Shown: piece after piece, positions 10,168 to 19,090 of the stretch | Layout: every line of letters begins with the position of its first letter | Numbering within the stretch: the first letter of the stretch is position 1 | Program-made: the position numbers and the translations under genes | The notes under the pieces: model-generated | What the model was told of the DNA's origin: nothing | Database searches by the model: none | The model's input: only the letters and a program-made list of their open reading frames with translations | NCBI GenBank assembly: GCA_964369315.1 | Contig: CAYJEJ010000002.1 | Span: forward strand, 102,184-134,183 | Reading direction: 5' to 3' | Source: an uncultured Alphaproteobacteria bacterium | GTDB taxonomy: Bacteria; Pseudomonadota; Alphaproteobacteria; UBA3830; JAIRWN01 | DNA: 32,000 nucleotides

Positions 10168-11003
10168 ACCTAGAAGAAGCAAAAAAAATCATTATCCAGT
10201 CTTATAAAGTCTTGGTTGATAAAGGTGTGGTGCCAGAAAATTCTGAAGAATTAAAATCAGCCGTGAATTTTTGTTTGAAATCATTGAATAGGGGCGATGT
10301 AAGAATAGCAGAGCCAGACGAAAATCTGAATAAATGGGTTGTTAATGAATATCTGAAACAGGCGATATTATTATACTTCAGAATGAACAACAATAAATTG
10401 CTGAATTTCGAACATTATACCTGTTGGGACAAGGTTCCATTAAAAACACATGACTGGACTGGTGCAGACTTCGAAAAAGCTGGGATAAGATTGGTTCCTG
10501 GGTCGGTGGTGAGATATGGCTCTTTTATCGGTAAATCTGCTGTGATTATGCCAAGTTTTATTAATATGGGAGCCTATGTGGGGAGCTCAACAATGGTTGA
10601 TACTTGGGCGACAATCGGCTCTTGTGCACAAATTGGGCAAAATTGTCATATATCTGACGGCGTTACAATTGGCGGCGTGCTTGAGCCTGTTCAGGCTTCA
10701 CCTGTGATTGTGGAGGATAATTGTTTTATCGGTGCGAGGTCTAGCATTTCAGAGGGGGTTCGTGTCGGTAAAGGAAGCGTGATTGCTTCGGGGGTTTCAT
10801 TAAGTGCATCAACAAAAATTGTTGACCGTGAGACAGGAGGCGTGTCTTATGGGATTGTTCCGCCGTATTCAGTCGTTGTTTCTGGTAGTATGCTAAGCCC
10901 TAGTGAAAAGATTGATAATATAAGTGTTTATTGTGCTGTAATCGTAAAAAAAGTTGATGAATCAACCAGAGCAAAAACATCCATCAATGAGCTTCTTAGA
11001 TGA
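10164..11003 (+). CDS. dapD: 2,3,4,5-tetrahydropyridine-2,6-dicarboxylate N-succinyltransferase DapD
   Basis: The 279-aa length is typical. The C-terminal half is a left-handed beta-helix of hexapeptide repeats (GAYVGSSTMVDTWATIGSCAQIGQNCHISDGVTIGGVLEP...). ATGA overlaps occur with both neighbours. Confidence 0.8.
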   Translation: MNLEEAKKIIIQSYKVLVDKGVVPENSEELKSAVNFCLKSLNRGDVRIAEPDENLNKWVVNEYLKQAILLYFRMNNNKLLNFEHYTCWDKVPLKTHDWTGADFEKAGIRLVPGSVVRYGSFIGKSAVIMPSFINMGAYVGSSTMVDTWATIGSCAQIGQNCHISDGVTIGGVLEPVQASPVIVEDNCFIGARSSISEGVRVGKGSVIASGVSLSASTKIVDRETGGVSYGIVPPYSVVVSGSMLSPSEKIDNISVYCAVIVKKVDESTRAKTSINELLR

Positions 11004-12235
11004 AACATTCTAAGTTGTGGAATAAGCAACTTAGCGTAATATTTTTTGGAAATGTCCTAGAATTTTATAACTTTTCTTTGTTCGCGATGTTGGGTGTGCG
11101 TTTGGGGGGTATATTTTTCCCGAATATGAATGAATGGGCGTATTACCTATTATTTGCAGCAGGCTTTATACTCAGACCAGTTGGTGGTGTGTTGTTTGGT
11201 GTTTTTGGGGATATTTTTGGTAGAAAAAAATCTATAATAACATCAAATTGTCTTTTGTCGTGTTCAACAACTATTATTGCCTTTTTGCCAGAAAATGGTG
11301 GGTTTTTAATATTTTCTCAAATTATTTTAATAATTTGTCGTGTAATACAGGGGGTGAGTATTAATGGAGAGTATACTAATTCGGCTGTTTTTATATTAGA
11401 GAAAAAAAACATTAATAAAACATATGCTAGCTTTATGTTGACAGCATCAACGAGTATAGGGGCATTTTTAGCTTTAATCGCTGGATATATTGATAAAAAT
11501 TTTCATCAATATATTTGTTGGCGAATGTGGTTTTTTATTGGTGGGGTTGGGTCTTTTTTTTATTTGTATTTGAGGTTATCTAAAATTGATGAACAATCAA
11601 ACCAGTATTATAATCAAGGTGTTAGATTTTCGTCTGATTTTTTAAGTTTGTTGACATCTTTTAAAAAATATTATTTAAGTTTATTTCTTGTAATTGGTAT
11701 AGGGGCGTTTTCTAATGCTGTTGCGTACTCAATTATAATTAATATTGATATTTTCGTTTTAGGAGATAGCCTTTTTAAAGAAGTCATCAAATTTTTGATA
11801 ATCTTGTTACCGTTAATAATTTATCTTGTCTTAGGGGGAAAAATCTCCAGATATAGTCCAGAAAAGATAATGACCTTTGTTTGTGTCGCAGGCGTTATGC
11901 TCATTTATCCCTCAATGATTTTGCTTAATCAAGAAAGCAATATCTTGGCTTTGTTAGGGACATTTATTATTATTTTAACCAGCGGCACAATTAGTGGTCC
12001 ATCGAAGGCTGTGTATAGCAAATTGTTTCCTCAAGAATGTAGGTGTACTGGTGTAGCAATTGGCAAGGGGATGTGCGGTCTGATTTTTGGTGGGCTGTCG
12101 CCAATAATCAATGCATTAATCAGCAAGTATACATCCTTTTATTTCATAGCGTTATACTTTCTGGGATGTGCGATTATCTCTCTAATAAGTTTGATTTGTG
12201 CACGCTCTTTGTTTAAAAAGAGACTCCTCGATTGA
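11000..12235 (+). CDS. MFS transporter, metabolite:H+ symporter (MHS/ProP-like) family
   Basis: The protein is polytopic with about 12 hydrophobic segments. The MHS-type N-terminus is present (GNVLEFYNFSLF ... FILRPVGGVLFGVFGDIFGRKKS). Substrate is unknown. Confidence 0.7.
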   Translation: MKHSKLWNKQLSVIFFGNVLEFYNFSLFAMLGVRLGGIFFPNMNEWAYYLLFAAGFILRPVGGVLFGVFGDIFGRKKSIITSNCLLSCSTTIIAFLPENGGFLIFSQIILIICRVIQGVSINGEYTNSAVFILEKKNINKTYASFMLTASTSIGAFLALIAGYIDKNFHQYICWRMWFFIGGVGSFFYLYLRLSKIDEQSNQYYNQGVRFSSDFLSLLTSFKKYYLSLFLVIGIGAFSNAVAYSIIINIDIFVLGDSLFKEVIKFLIILLPLIIYLVLGGKISRYSPEKIMTFVCVAGVMLIYPSMILLNQESNILALLGTFIIILTSGTISGPSKAVYSKLFPQECRCTGVAIGKGMCGLIFGGLSPIINALISKYTSFYFIALYFLGCAIISLISLICARSLFKKRLLD

Positions 12236-12410
12236 AGCTGGCTGTGTTCTGGCAGTTAAAAAACAGCACAAAGACCCACCAGAGTTAACTGCGGAGCAAC
12301 AAAACACCCCCCCCACTTATCAAGCATCGATAAATCAAATGGTAACGAAATTCACCAAGCAAAGCTTAACAAGTATTATAAGCCAAAAACCTTAAAAAAG
12401 CTAACGTAAA

Positions 12411-12881
12411 CTAAGACATAAATGAAAAAGCGGCAATGTTCTTTGACCAGACCCTTTCAAGTGACTTAAGCTGAGAAGACGTCTCGTTCAAAAGCGAGTC
12501 TTTCAAACCCTCTTTTTCAAGTTTATCGATATGTTTGTTCATAACCTTGTCGATAAAATTGAAAAAATCCATACCCTTTTTCGGAGAAAGGCTTACTATA
12601 GTAGAACGCTTGTCATGTGGTGAGGTTTCTTGCATCAAAAAGCCATTTTCAACCATCTTTCTTATGTTATAAGACACGTTCGAGCCAAGATAGTATCCTC
12701 TGTTGGTCAGCTCGCCCACAGAAATACGACCTTCACCAATATTATACAGAATTAAAGCCTGTATGTTATTGATGTCATAAATCGCTGCATCCTCAAGCTC
12801 GACCTTTATGTTTTCTAAAAACAATCTGTGCAAACGCTCTATTAAAAAAACAATTTCTAAGTAGACGTCTTTAGAGTCCAT
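12411..12881 (-). CDS. MarR-family winged-helix transcriptional regulator
   Basis: The 156-aa size fits. A wHTH core is present (NIQALILYNIGEGRISVGELTNRGYYLGSNVSYNIRKMVENGFLMQETSPHDKRSTIVSLSPKG). The gene is divergent from lpxI-lpxB. Confidence 0.65.
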   Translation of the reverse strand: MDSKDVYLEIVFLIERLHRLFLENIKVELEDAAIYDINNIQALILYNIGEGRISVGELTNRGYYLGSNVSYNIRKMVENGFLMQETSPHDKRSTIVSLSPKKGMDFFNFIDKVMNKHIDKLEKEGLKDSLLNETSSQLKSLERVWSKNIAAFSFMS

Positions 12882-12986
12882 TTAAACGCTCCAAAATATA
12901 AAACTCTCAACTAAACAATCGTAACACAAAAAACACTTTTATAAAGAAAAATTTTAATAAAAATTTCTTTAGAAGTTTTTGATTTG

Positions 12987-12992
12987 TATAAT
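12987..12992 (+). promoter_or_regulatory. Candidate -10 element (TGTATAAT) for lpxI-lpxB
   Basis: A consensus TATAAT hexamer preceded by TG lies about 54 nt upstream of the lpxI start. There is no convincing -35 (TTTCTT). This rests on sequence reading only. Confidence 0.3.
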
Positions 12993-13045
12993 AACAAGGA
13001 TTGTGGATAATATTTTTTGAATTATTATTTTTTTAGGGATAAGCA

Positions 13046-13873
13046 TTGATTGAGCGTTCTTTTCGTCGTATAGCCATTATTTGCGGAAGTGGGGATGTCG
13101 CACAAAGGTGCGTTTTGAGTTGTTTTGCTAAGAATGAACTTGCATGTGTTGTTGCGATTAAAGGTGACTGCGAGGTCAATGACTTCCCGTGCCCATTTAT
13201 TCAAATCAGTCTTGGTAAGGTTGGTGAAGCGTTGAGATTTATGAAGAGCCATGATGCCACTCATGTTTTGTTAATTGGAGGGGTCAAGAGACCTAGCCTA
13301 GCTAATTTACAGGTCGATTCGGTCGGGAAGCAGTGGATGATGAAGCTGGGTTTTTCAGCTTTATTAGGGGATGATGGTCTTTTGAAAGGGTTGGCGAAAT
13401 TATTTTCTCAAGAGGGGTTTAGCGTCTTGGGGGCGGATGATGTTTTATGCGATGGTTCTAACTCAAGCCTATTAAAAACAAAAGTTTCGCCTGATGAAAC
13501 GGCGTTATTTGATATTAAACGTGGTTTTGAGGTGGCAAAAATTATCGGTCAAGCTGATGTCGGTCAAAGCGTGATTGTGCAGCAAGGGGTCGTTCTGGGG
13601 GTTGAGGCTAAAGAAGGCACAGACGCATTGATAAAGCGTTGCCATGAGCTGAGGCTTGAGGGTCTTGGTGGGGTTTTGATAAAAACGTCGAAGCCAAATC
13701 AAGATATGCGTTTAGATATGCCAGTTATTGGCATTGAAACGGTGAAAAACGCCTCGATTTATGGTTTGCGAGGCATAGCAATAGAGTGCGGAAAGGTTTT
13801 GGTGTCACAGCCGAAAGAAATTGTTGAAGAAGCAAACAAATTGGGTTTGTTTTTGTTTTCTATTAATTCATAA
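13046..13873 (+). CDS. lpxI: UDP-2,3-diacylglucosamine pyrophosphatase LpxI (DUF1009 family)
   Basis: TTG start follows AGGGA. Supporting segments are IAIICGSGDVA, LIGGVKRP and GQADVGQSVIVQQGVVLGVEAKEGTDALIKRC. It lies immediately upstream of lpxB, as in alphaproteobacteria. Confidence 0.8.
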   Translation: MIERSFRRIAIICGSGDVAQRCVLSCFAKNELACVVAIKGDCEVNDFPCPFIQISLGKVGEALRFMKSHDATHVLLIGGVKRPSLANLQVDSVGKQWMMKLGFSALLGDDGLLKGLAKLFSQEGFSVLGADDVLCDGSNSSLLKTKVSPDETALFDIKRGFEVAKIIGQADVGQSVIVQQGVVLGVEAKEGTDALIKRCHELRLEGLGGVLIKTSKPNQDMRLDMPVIGIETVKNASIYGLRGIAIECGKVLVSQPKEIVEEANKLGLFLFSINS

Positions 13874-13892
13874 ATTTAAAAAGTTAAAAACA

Positions 13893-15059
13893 GTGTCTAA
13901 AAAAATTTTTTTAATTGCAGGCGAGGTCTCTGGAGATTTGATTGGTGCGAGGCTAATAAGGTCAATTAGTGAACTAGATAGTTCAATAAAATTTTTGGGC
14001 GTTGGTGGGGAAAACATGAAAAATGCTGGAATGGAGCAAATTTTCCCACTAAAAAGCGTGGCGGCAATCGGTATCGTTGAGGTGTTGTCCAAGGCAACAT
14101 CGCTTTTAAGGAAAGTCGATGAGGTTGTTGAGAATATTATTAAGAGCAGAGCTGATGTTGTTGTAACAATAGATTTTTCAGGTTTTAATGACCGCGTTGC
14201 AAAAAAACTTAAAAAAATGGGTTTCAATATTCCAATCATTCGTTATGTCGCACCGCCAGTTTGGGCTTGGAGGGGGTGGCGTGTCAAGAAAATGAAGAAC
14301 TTTCTAGACTTAGTCCTGACTTTATTTAAATTTGAGGTTCCTATTTTTGAAAAACATGGGTTGAGGGGAGTTTTTGTTGGTCATTCGGTTGTTGAGGACG
14401 AAAATTTGAAAACACCGAGTGCTGGCGAAATTGAAGATTTTTTAAATAGGAATAATTTCCATCCTAACAATCCTATCGTCTGTGTTTTTCCAGGTTCTAG
14501 AAAAACAGAAATCTTAAAACATACAAAGATTTTTCTGGAAGCTATGGATTTGTTGGTTAAGAAAATACCCGATATTCAGATATATATCCCAACATTTGAG
14601 GAAAATGTTCATTTTATAAAACACATAATCAGCAATAAAGATTTTATATCTGTGGGTGTTAGCCCAAAGGACAAGGGGGTTGCAATGCATCTTGCCGATG
14701 GTGCTCTTGCCGCTTCGGGCAGCGTTGCACTGGAGCTGGCATTAACAAAAACGCCAATGTTGATTGCATATAAAGTGAACTGTATCACTGCTTTTATTAT
14801 AAAAAAATTAATAAAGGTTGAAAGTGTCAATTTAGTAAACATCTTGTTGAAAGAAAATATTATCCCTGAATTCTTGCAAAACAGGTGTCAACCACAGGGA
14901 CTTTGCGATGCGATGGTAAATTTGTTGAATAATCGACAATCTCAGCTTAAACAATTGTCTGCATTTGAAAAGGTAATCCCGTTTTTGCAGTGTGAAGATG
15001 GCGTAAAGCCCAGTCAAAAAGCTGCTTCTGAGGTGGTTTTGTTAATGAATGGTCGTTAA
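13893..15059 (+). CDS. lpxB: Lipid-A-disaccharide synthase LpxB
   Basis: I trimmed the ORF-track start (13821, overlapping lpxI) to GTG 13893 (VSKKIFLIAGEVSGDLIGARLI). The length is typical of LpxB, with PGSRKTEI and GSVALELAL segments. Confidence 0.85.
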   Translation: MSKKIFLIAGEVSGDLIGARLIRSISELDSSIKFLGVGGENMKNAGMEQIFPLKSVAAIGIVEVLSKATSLLRKVDEVVENIIKSRADVVVTIDFSGFNDRVAKKLKKMGFNIPIIRYVAPPVWAWRGWRVKKMKNFLDLVLTLFKFEVPIFEKHGLRGVFVGHSVVEDENLKTPSAGEIEDFLNRNNFHPNNPIVCVFPGSRKTEILKHTKIFLEAMDLLVKKIPDIQIYIPTFEENVHFIKHIISNKDFISVGVSPKDKGVAMHLADGALAASGSVALELALTKTPMLIAYKVNCITAFIIKKLIKVESVNLVNILLKENIIPEFLQNRCQPQGLCDAMVNLLNNRQSQLKQLSAFEKVIPFLQCEDGVKPSQKAASEVVLLMNGR

Positions 15060-15127
15060 TATAAAATCATGAATGTGATGAGAGTTGGCTTTGTTGGTTT
15101 GTTTTTTAATTAATACTTGAGGTAAAG

Positions 15128-15952
15128 TTGATAATAAATAATCCCTTAAAGAATGCTAGAGAACGCGGGATATTGATTGCCTCACATCGTGGGACTTTTG
15201 GAGGAAATATCATCCAAAACACCATTCCAGCGTTTGAGAATGCTTTGTTGCATGGTGCGGATATTATAGAGTTGGATGTTGTAAAATCGATAGATGGAGT
15301 TTTTTGTTGTTTTCATGAGAATCAAGAGTCCAATCTTTTAAAGATAAATGAACAAATAACTCAAATGACCAGTGCACAAATATTAAGTCATAGCCTGTTT
15401 AATAACATAAATGAAATTACAAATCAAAAAATCAACACCTTAGATGAAATCTTAGAGCATTTTAAGGGGAGGTGTCTGATTAATATAGATAAAAGTTGGC
15501 AATATTGGTCAGAGATTATTAAGTGTTTGGGTAAACATAATATGTATGACCAAATTATTTTAAAAAGTCCTCCAAAAACAGAGTTTTTAAAAATGTTGGA
15601 AGATTATAGAGCCCGAATTATGTACATGCCAATAATAAATCAATCTAAGCAAATAGATTTAACCTTATCTTATAAAACAAATATTGTCGCTGTTGAAGTT
15701 TTGTTTGATTCTGATGGGTCAGAGCTGGCTCAAAAAGAATTTATCGAAAAAATCCACGAGCGAAACCTGTTTTTATGGGTTAACGCAATCAGGCTCAATG
15801 ATAAGCTTCTTTTAAGTGGTGGTCATGATGATAACCAAGCCATTATAAATAGCATGGATAATAGCTGGGGATGGCTAATAAAACAGGGGTTTGATATTAT
15901 ACAAACTGATTGGGTTGCTTTGCTTAAGCAATATATCCGCCGTAATTCTTAA
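15128..15952 (+). CDS. Glycerophosphodiester phosphodiesterase (GDPD) family protein
   Basis: TTG start follows GAGGT. The GDPD N-terminal catalytic pattern is present: IASHRG...NTIPAFENALLHGADIIELDV...DGVFCCFHE. Confidence 0.65.
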   Translation: MIINNPLKNARERGILIASHRGTFGGNIIQNTIPAFENALLHGADIIELDVVKSIDGVFCCFHENQESNLLKINEQITQMTSAQILSHSLFNNINEITNQKINTLDEILEHFKGRCLINIDKSWQYWSEIIKCLGKHNMYDQIILKSPPKTEFLKMLEDYRARIMYMPIINQSKQIDLTLSYKTNIVAVEVLFDSDGSELAQKEFIEKIHERNLFLWVNAIRLNDKLLLSGGHDDNQAIINSMDNSWGWLIKQGFDIIQTDWVALLKQYIRRNS

Positions 15953-15955
15953 GCT

Positions 15956-16579
15956 TCAATGGGAAAAAATATAAGATGGGTTTATGCCTTTGATGTCCAT
16001 TTTTATTATCGAGTCTAGGGCGTTAATCGAGTCTTGAAAAAGAGATACGCGACCTTCTCGCATTAGAACCTTTTCCAGCTCGTTTTTCAGTTTATGCAGG
16101 TGGATAACGTCTGTAATCGCATAGTTTAATTGAGCGGGTGAAAGATTGCTTGCCCCCCAGTCAGAGGTTTGCTCTTGTTTACAGAGTTCTATGTTTAAAA
16201 GGTCTTGACACAGGTCCTTGAGCCCATGTTTGCTGGTAAAAGTTCGGGCAATTTTAGAGGCAACCTTAGTGCAAAAAATGTTTTTGATATCAACTTCGAA
16301 GGTTTTACTCAATAAAGCAGCGTCAAACCTAGCGAAATGGAATATTTTTAATATTTTGCTGGATGATAATGCCTGAATTAAGTTCGGTGCAGGGTTTGTT
16401 GGGTTATTTATTTTAATAATGGCGTATTTACCAAGCTCGGTAGCAATTTGTATTAAGCATAATCTATCATTGTGAATATTTAGCCCCATTGCCTCGGTAT
16501 CAACAGCTATTTGTGAGCCTAGGGGGAAATTTTCTGGAAGGTCATCGTTGAAAAGGTCAATGCAAGGCTTGTTAGTCAT
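15956..16579 (-). CDS. rnd: Small RNase D-like DEDD 3'-5' exonuclease
   Basis: Exo I motif IAVDTEAMGL is present, followed by LCLIQIA and an Exo III-like YAITDVIHLHKL. The protein is 207 aa, so it is the exonuclease domain only, without HRDC domains. Confidence 0.7.
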   Translation of the reverse strand: MTNKPCIDLFNDDLPENFPLGSQIAVDTEAMGLNIHNDRLCLIQIATELGKYAIIKINNPTNPAPNLIQALSSSKILKIFHFARFDAALLSKTFEVDIKNIFCTKVASKIARTFTSKHGLKDLCQDLLNIELCKQEQTSDWGASNLSPAQLNYAITDVIHLHKLKNELEKVLMREGRVSLFQDSINALDSIIKMDIKGINPSYIFSH

Positions 16580-16614
16580 AGTTTCTTATAAATTAAAACA
16601 ATAAAACACGGCTC

Positions 16615-16701
16615 TGGTGCCCGAAAGAAGACTCGAACTTCCACCTGCTAATGCAGATTAGGACCTGAACCTAACGCGTCTACCAGTTCCGCCATTCGGG
16701 C
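16615..16701 (-). tRNA. tRNA-Leu (anticodon CAG), CCA encoded
   Basis: The reverse complement reads GCCCGAATGGCGGAACTGGTAGACGCGTTAGGTTCAGGTCCTAATCTGCATTAGCAGGTGGAAGTTCGAGTCTTCTTTCGGGCACCA. The acceptor stem GCCCGAA/TTCGGGC pairs. The anticodon stem is TTAGG/CCTAA with loop TTCAGGT. A long variable arm and a GTTCGAGTC T-loop are present. Confidence 0.9.
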
Positions 16702-16854
16702 TTAGCACGAAGTATAACATCAAATATATTTTAATAAAATAATTTTTATAATTATGATTAATCAGTTATTGTGGTGTTAGTTATTGTGTAGTAGCATTAT
16801 GTGTGTTTACAAATTGGTTTGTTTTGAATACACTCGCTGCTTGAGTGATTGTAT

Positions 16855-16931
16855 AGGGACGTAGCTCAATTGGCTAGAGTGGCGGTCTCCAAAACCGTAG
16901 GTTGTGGGTTCGAGTCCCTCCGTCCCTGCCA
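16855..16931 (+). tRNA. tRNA-Trp (anticodon CCA), CCA encoded
   Basis: Sequence is AGGGACGTAGCTCAATTGGCTAGAGTGGCGGTCTCCAAAACCGTAGGTTGTGGGTTCGAGTCCCTCCGTCCCTGCCA. The acceptor stem AGGGACG/CGTCCCT pairs. The anticodon stem is GCGGT/ACCGT with loop CTCCAAA. It holds the canonical position upstream of secE-nusG. Confidence 0.9.
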
Positions 16932-16971
16932 TGTTATTTGTTTTGAGTATTGGATTAGTTAGAAAATAATT

Positions 16972-17166
16972 ATGAATTTTAATCCCGCAAAATTTGTCAG
17001 AGAGGTGCGTTCAGAAGTTGGACGTGTTGCTTGGCCTAGTAAACAGGAAACTGTTTCGACGACCTTGGGTGTGTTTGTCATGGTCTTTGTTGCGATGTTG
17101 TTTTTTATGGCTTCTGATTTTGTGATATATAACCTCATAAAAAATATAATAGGTGTGGGGGTATAA
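16972..17166 (+). CDS. secE: Preprotein translocase subunit SecE
   Basis: The 64-aa protein has the conserved FVREVRSEVGRVAWPSKQE segment followed by a single TM helix. It lies between tRNA-Trp and nusG. Confidence 0.85.
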   Translation: MNFNPAKFVREVRSEVGRVAWPSKQETVSTTLGVFVMVFVAMLFFMASDFVIYNLIKNIIGVGV

Positions 17167-17171
17167 TACAT

Positions 17172-17702
17172 ATGTCAATGCGTTGGTATGTTCTCAATGT
17201 TTACTCTGGCTTTGAAAAAAAAGTTGTTGAGGGGATTGGTGAGCGAGCCAAAAGTAAGGGATTAGAGGCTTTTTTTGGGAGAATGCTCGTTCCTTCTGAA
17301 GATGTGGTTGAGGTTAAGCGTGGGGTTAAAAAGACATCTGAAAAATGTTTTTACCCAGGTTATATTCTCATTGAGATGAACATGAATGATGAGAGCTGGT
17401 ATCTGGTGAAAACAGTGCCACGCGTTGGTGAATTTTTGGGGTCAAAGTCGAAACCATCGCCTATTTCTGAATCTGAAGTTAATAAAATCATTAACCGTAT
17501 GGAAGAAAGCGTTTCTAACCCAAGGAGCACAATTGTGTTTGAGGTTGGTGAAAGAATAAAAGTTTCTGAAGGACCTTTTACAACGTTTAATGGTATTGTT
17601 GAAGATGTTGACTTAGAAAAAGAAAGGTTAAAGGTCTCGGTCTCTATTTTTGGACGACCAACGAATGTTGACCTTGGTTTTGCTCAAGTTGAAAAGATTT
17701 AG
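17172..17702 (+). CDS. nusG: Transcription termination/antitermination factor NusG
   Basis: RWYVLNVYSGFEKKV NGN domain, PGYILIEM and a C-terminal KOW segment (GERIKVSEGPFTTFNGIVEDVD) are present. Confidence 0.95.
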   Translation: MSMRWYVLNVYSGFEKKVVEGIGERAKSKGLEAFFGRMLVPSEDVVEVKRGVKKTSEKCFYPGYILIEMNMNDESWYLVKTVPRVGEFLGSKSKPSPISESEVNKIINRMEESVSNPRSTIVFEVGERIKVSEGPFTTFNGIVEDVDLEKERLKVSVSIFGRPTNVDLGFAQVEKI

Positions 17703-17791
17703 GTTTTTGGTTCCAATTGTTATTGCAAATTCTTAAACATTATGATAAAGAATTTCTGAGTTTGCTTTTCGTGTTTGAAGGATGTTTTTAA

Positions 17792-18220
17792 ATGGCTAAG
17801 AAAATTGTTGGTTATATCAAGTTGCAAATTCCAGCTGGGAAGGCTAATCCTTCACCGCCTGTTGGTCCTGCTTTGGGGCAACGTGGTTTGAACATTATGG
17901 AGTTTTGTAAAGCGTTCAATGCACAGACTCAGAATATGGAGGCTGGTATGCCTATTCCTGTGGTTATAACGGCTTACGCTGATAAAACATTTTCTTTTGT
18001 GATGAAAACTCCACCAGTGTCATATTTTTTGAAAAAATTCGCTAATCTTTCTAAGGGCTCGAGCAATCCAGGTCGAGGTTTTGTGGGGCGAATCACATTG
18101 GAGCAAATTAGGGAAATCGCTCGTATAAAAAAAGTTGACCTGAACTCGAATGATGAAGAGGCAGCTATGCGTATGATTGAAGGTTCAGCTAGGTCAATGA
18201 GCTTGGAGGTTGTTGAATAG
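17792..18220 (+). CDS. rplK: 50S ribosomal protein L11
   Basis: [43 protein letters not shown] is a canonical L11 N-terminus. Confidence 0.95.
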   Translation: MAKKIVGYIKLQIPAGKANPSPPVGPALGQRGLNIMEFCKAFNAQTQNMEAGMPIPVVITAYADKTFSFVMKTPPVSYFLKKFANLSKGSSNPGRGFVGRITLEQIREIARIKKVDLNSNDEEAAMRMIEGSARSMSLEVVE

Positions 18221-18221
18221 T

Positions 18222-18917
18222 ATGGCAAAAATTTGTAAAAGACTTAAGAAAATCAGGGAATCTGTCGACTTGGAAAAAGTCTATAGCATATCTGAAGCAG
18301 TTTCTCTTTTAAAGGCAAATTCTTCTTGTAAGTTTGATGAAACAGTTGATGTTTCTATAAATTTGAATGTTGACCCACGAAAGGCTGACCAGAACGTTAG
18401 GGGGATGGTTGCGATGCCATCTGGGACTGGAAAGGTTGTCAGAGTTGCGGTTTTTGCAAGGGGCGTTAAGGCTGATGAGGCGAAGGCTGCTGGTGCAGAT
18501 ATAGTTGGTGCGGAAGATTTGGCTGATGATATTTCTTCTGGGAATATAAATTTTGATGTTTGTATCGCTTCACCAGATATGATGGGTGTGGTTGGTAAAC
18601 TTGGTAAGGTTCTCGGGCCGAAAGGATTGATGCCTAATCCAAAGCTGGGGACTGTTGCACAGGATGTTGCCGCTGCTGTTAAGGCGTCAAAGGGTGGTCA
18701 GGTTGAGTATAAGCTAGAGAAAGCTGGCATAGTTCATGCTGGTTTGTGTAAGTTAAGCTTTGCTCAAGCTGCTATAGAAGATAATGTGAAGGCTTTTATC
18801 GGTGCTGTTTTGAAGGCAAAACCAGTGGCTGTTAAGGGTGTGTACTTGAAAAAGGCAACGATTTCGACTACCATGGGTGTTGGTTTGCGTGTGGATGTAA
18901 GTGGGGTTGTTGTTTAG
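18222..18917 (+). CDS. rplA: 50S ribosomal protein L1
   Basis: I trimmed the start to ATG 18222 ([13 protein letters not shown]...). Supporting segments are [24 protein letters not shown] and [14 protein letters not shown]. Confidence 0.95.
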   Translation: MAKICKRLKKIRESVDLEKVYSISEAVSLLKANSSCKFDETVDVSINLNVDPRKADQNVRGMVAMPSGTGKVVRVAVFARGVKADEAKAAGADIVGAEDLADDISSGNINFDVCIASPDMMGVVGKLGKVLGPKGLMPNPKLGTVAQDVAAAVKASKGGQVEYKLEKAGIVHAGLCKLSFAQAAIEDNVKAFIGAVLKAKPVAVKGVYLKKATISTTMGVGLRVDVSGVVV

Positions 18918-19090
18918 GTAAAAGGTTTAATTTTAAAGATTTTTCCTTTTTGTTAAAAAGAAATCTGTCTAAGACCGTTGGTTGCTTTTAGTGTAATATT
19001 TTTTCCAACGCAGATAGTGGGTTGTTTTTCCGTTATTGTTGTCTTAGCTGGTTTCCTCTGTATCGTGGTGAGAATAGAGGAGGGGTGTGT
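18918..19090 (+). promoter_or_regulatory. Untranslated rplA-rplJ spacer, candidate L10(L12)4 autoregulatory leader and/or internal promoter
   Basis: This 173-nt spacer is unusually long for this compact window and ends in GAGGAGGGG before the rplJ ATG. The role is inferred from the known L10-operon leader in other bacteria. No structure was verified. Confidence 0.3.

Noticed and set aside
12198-12395. A 65-aa + strand ORF overlaps the 3' end of the MFS transporter gene.
   Set aside because: It overlaps a well-supported gene in another frame, and has no ribosome-binding site and no family signal. I kept it only as context for the C8-tract spacer finding.
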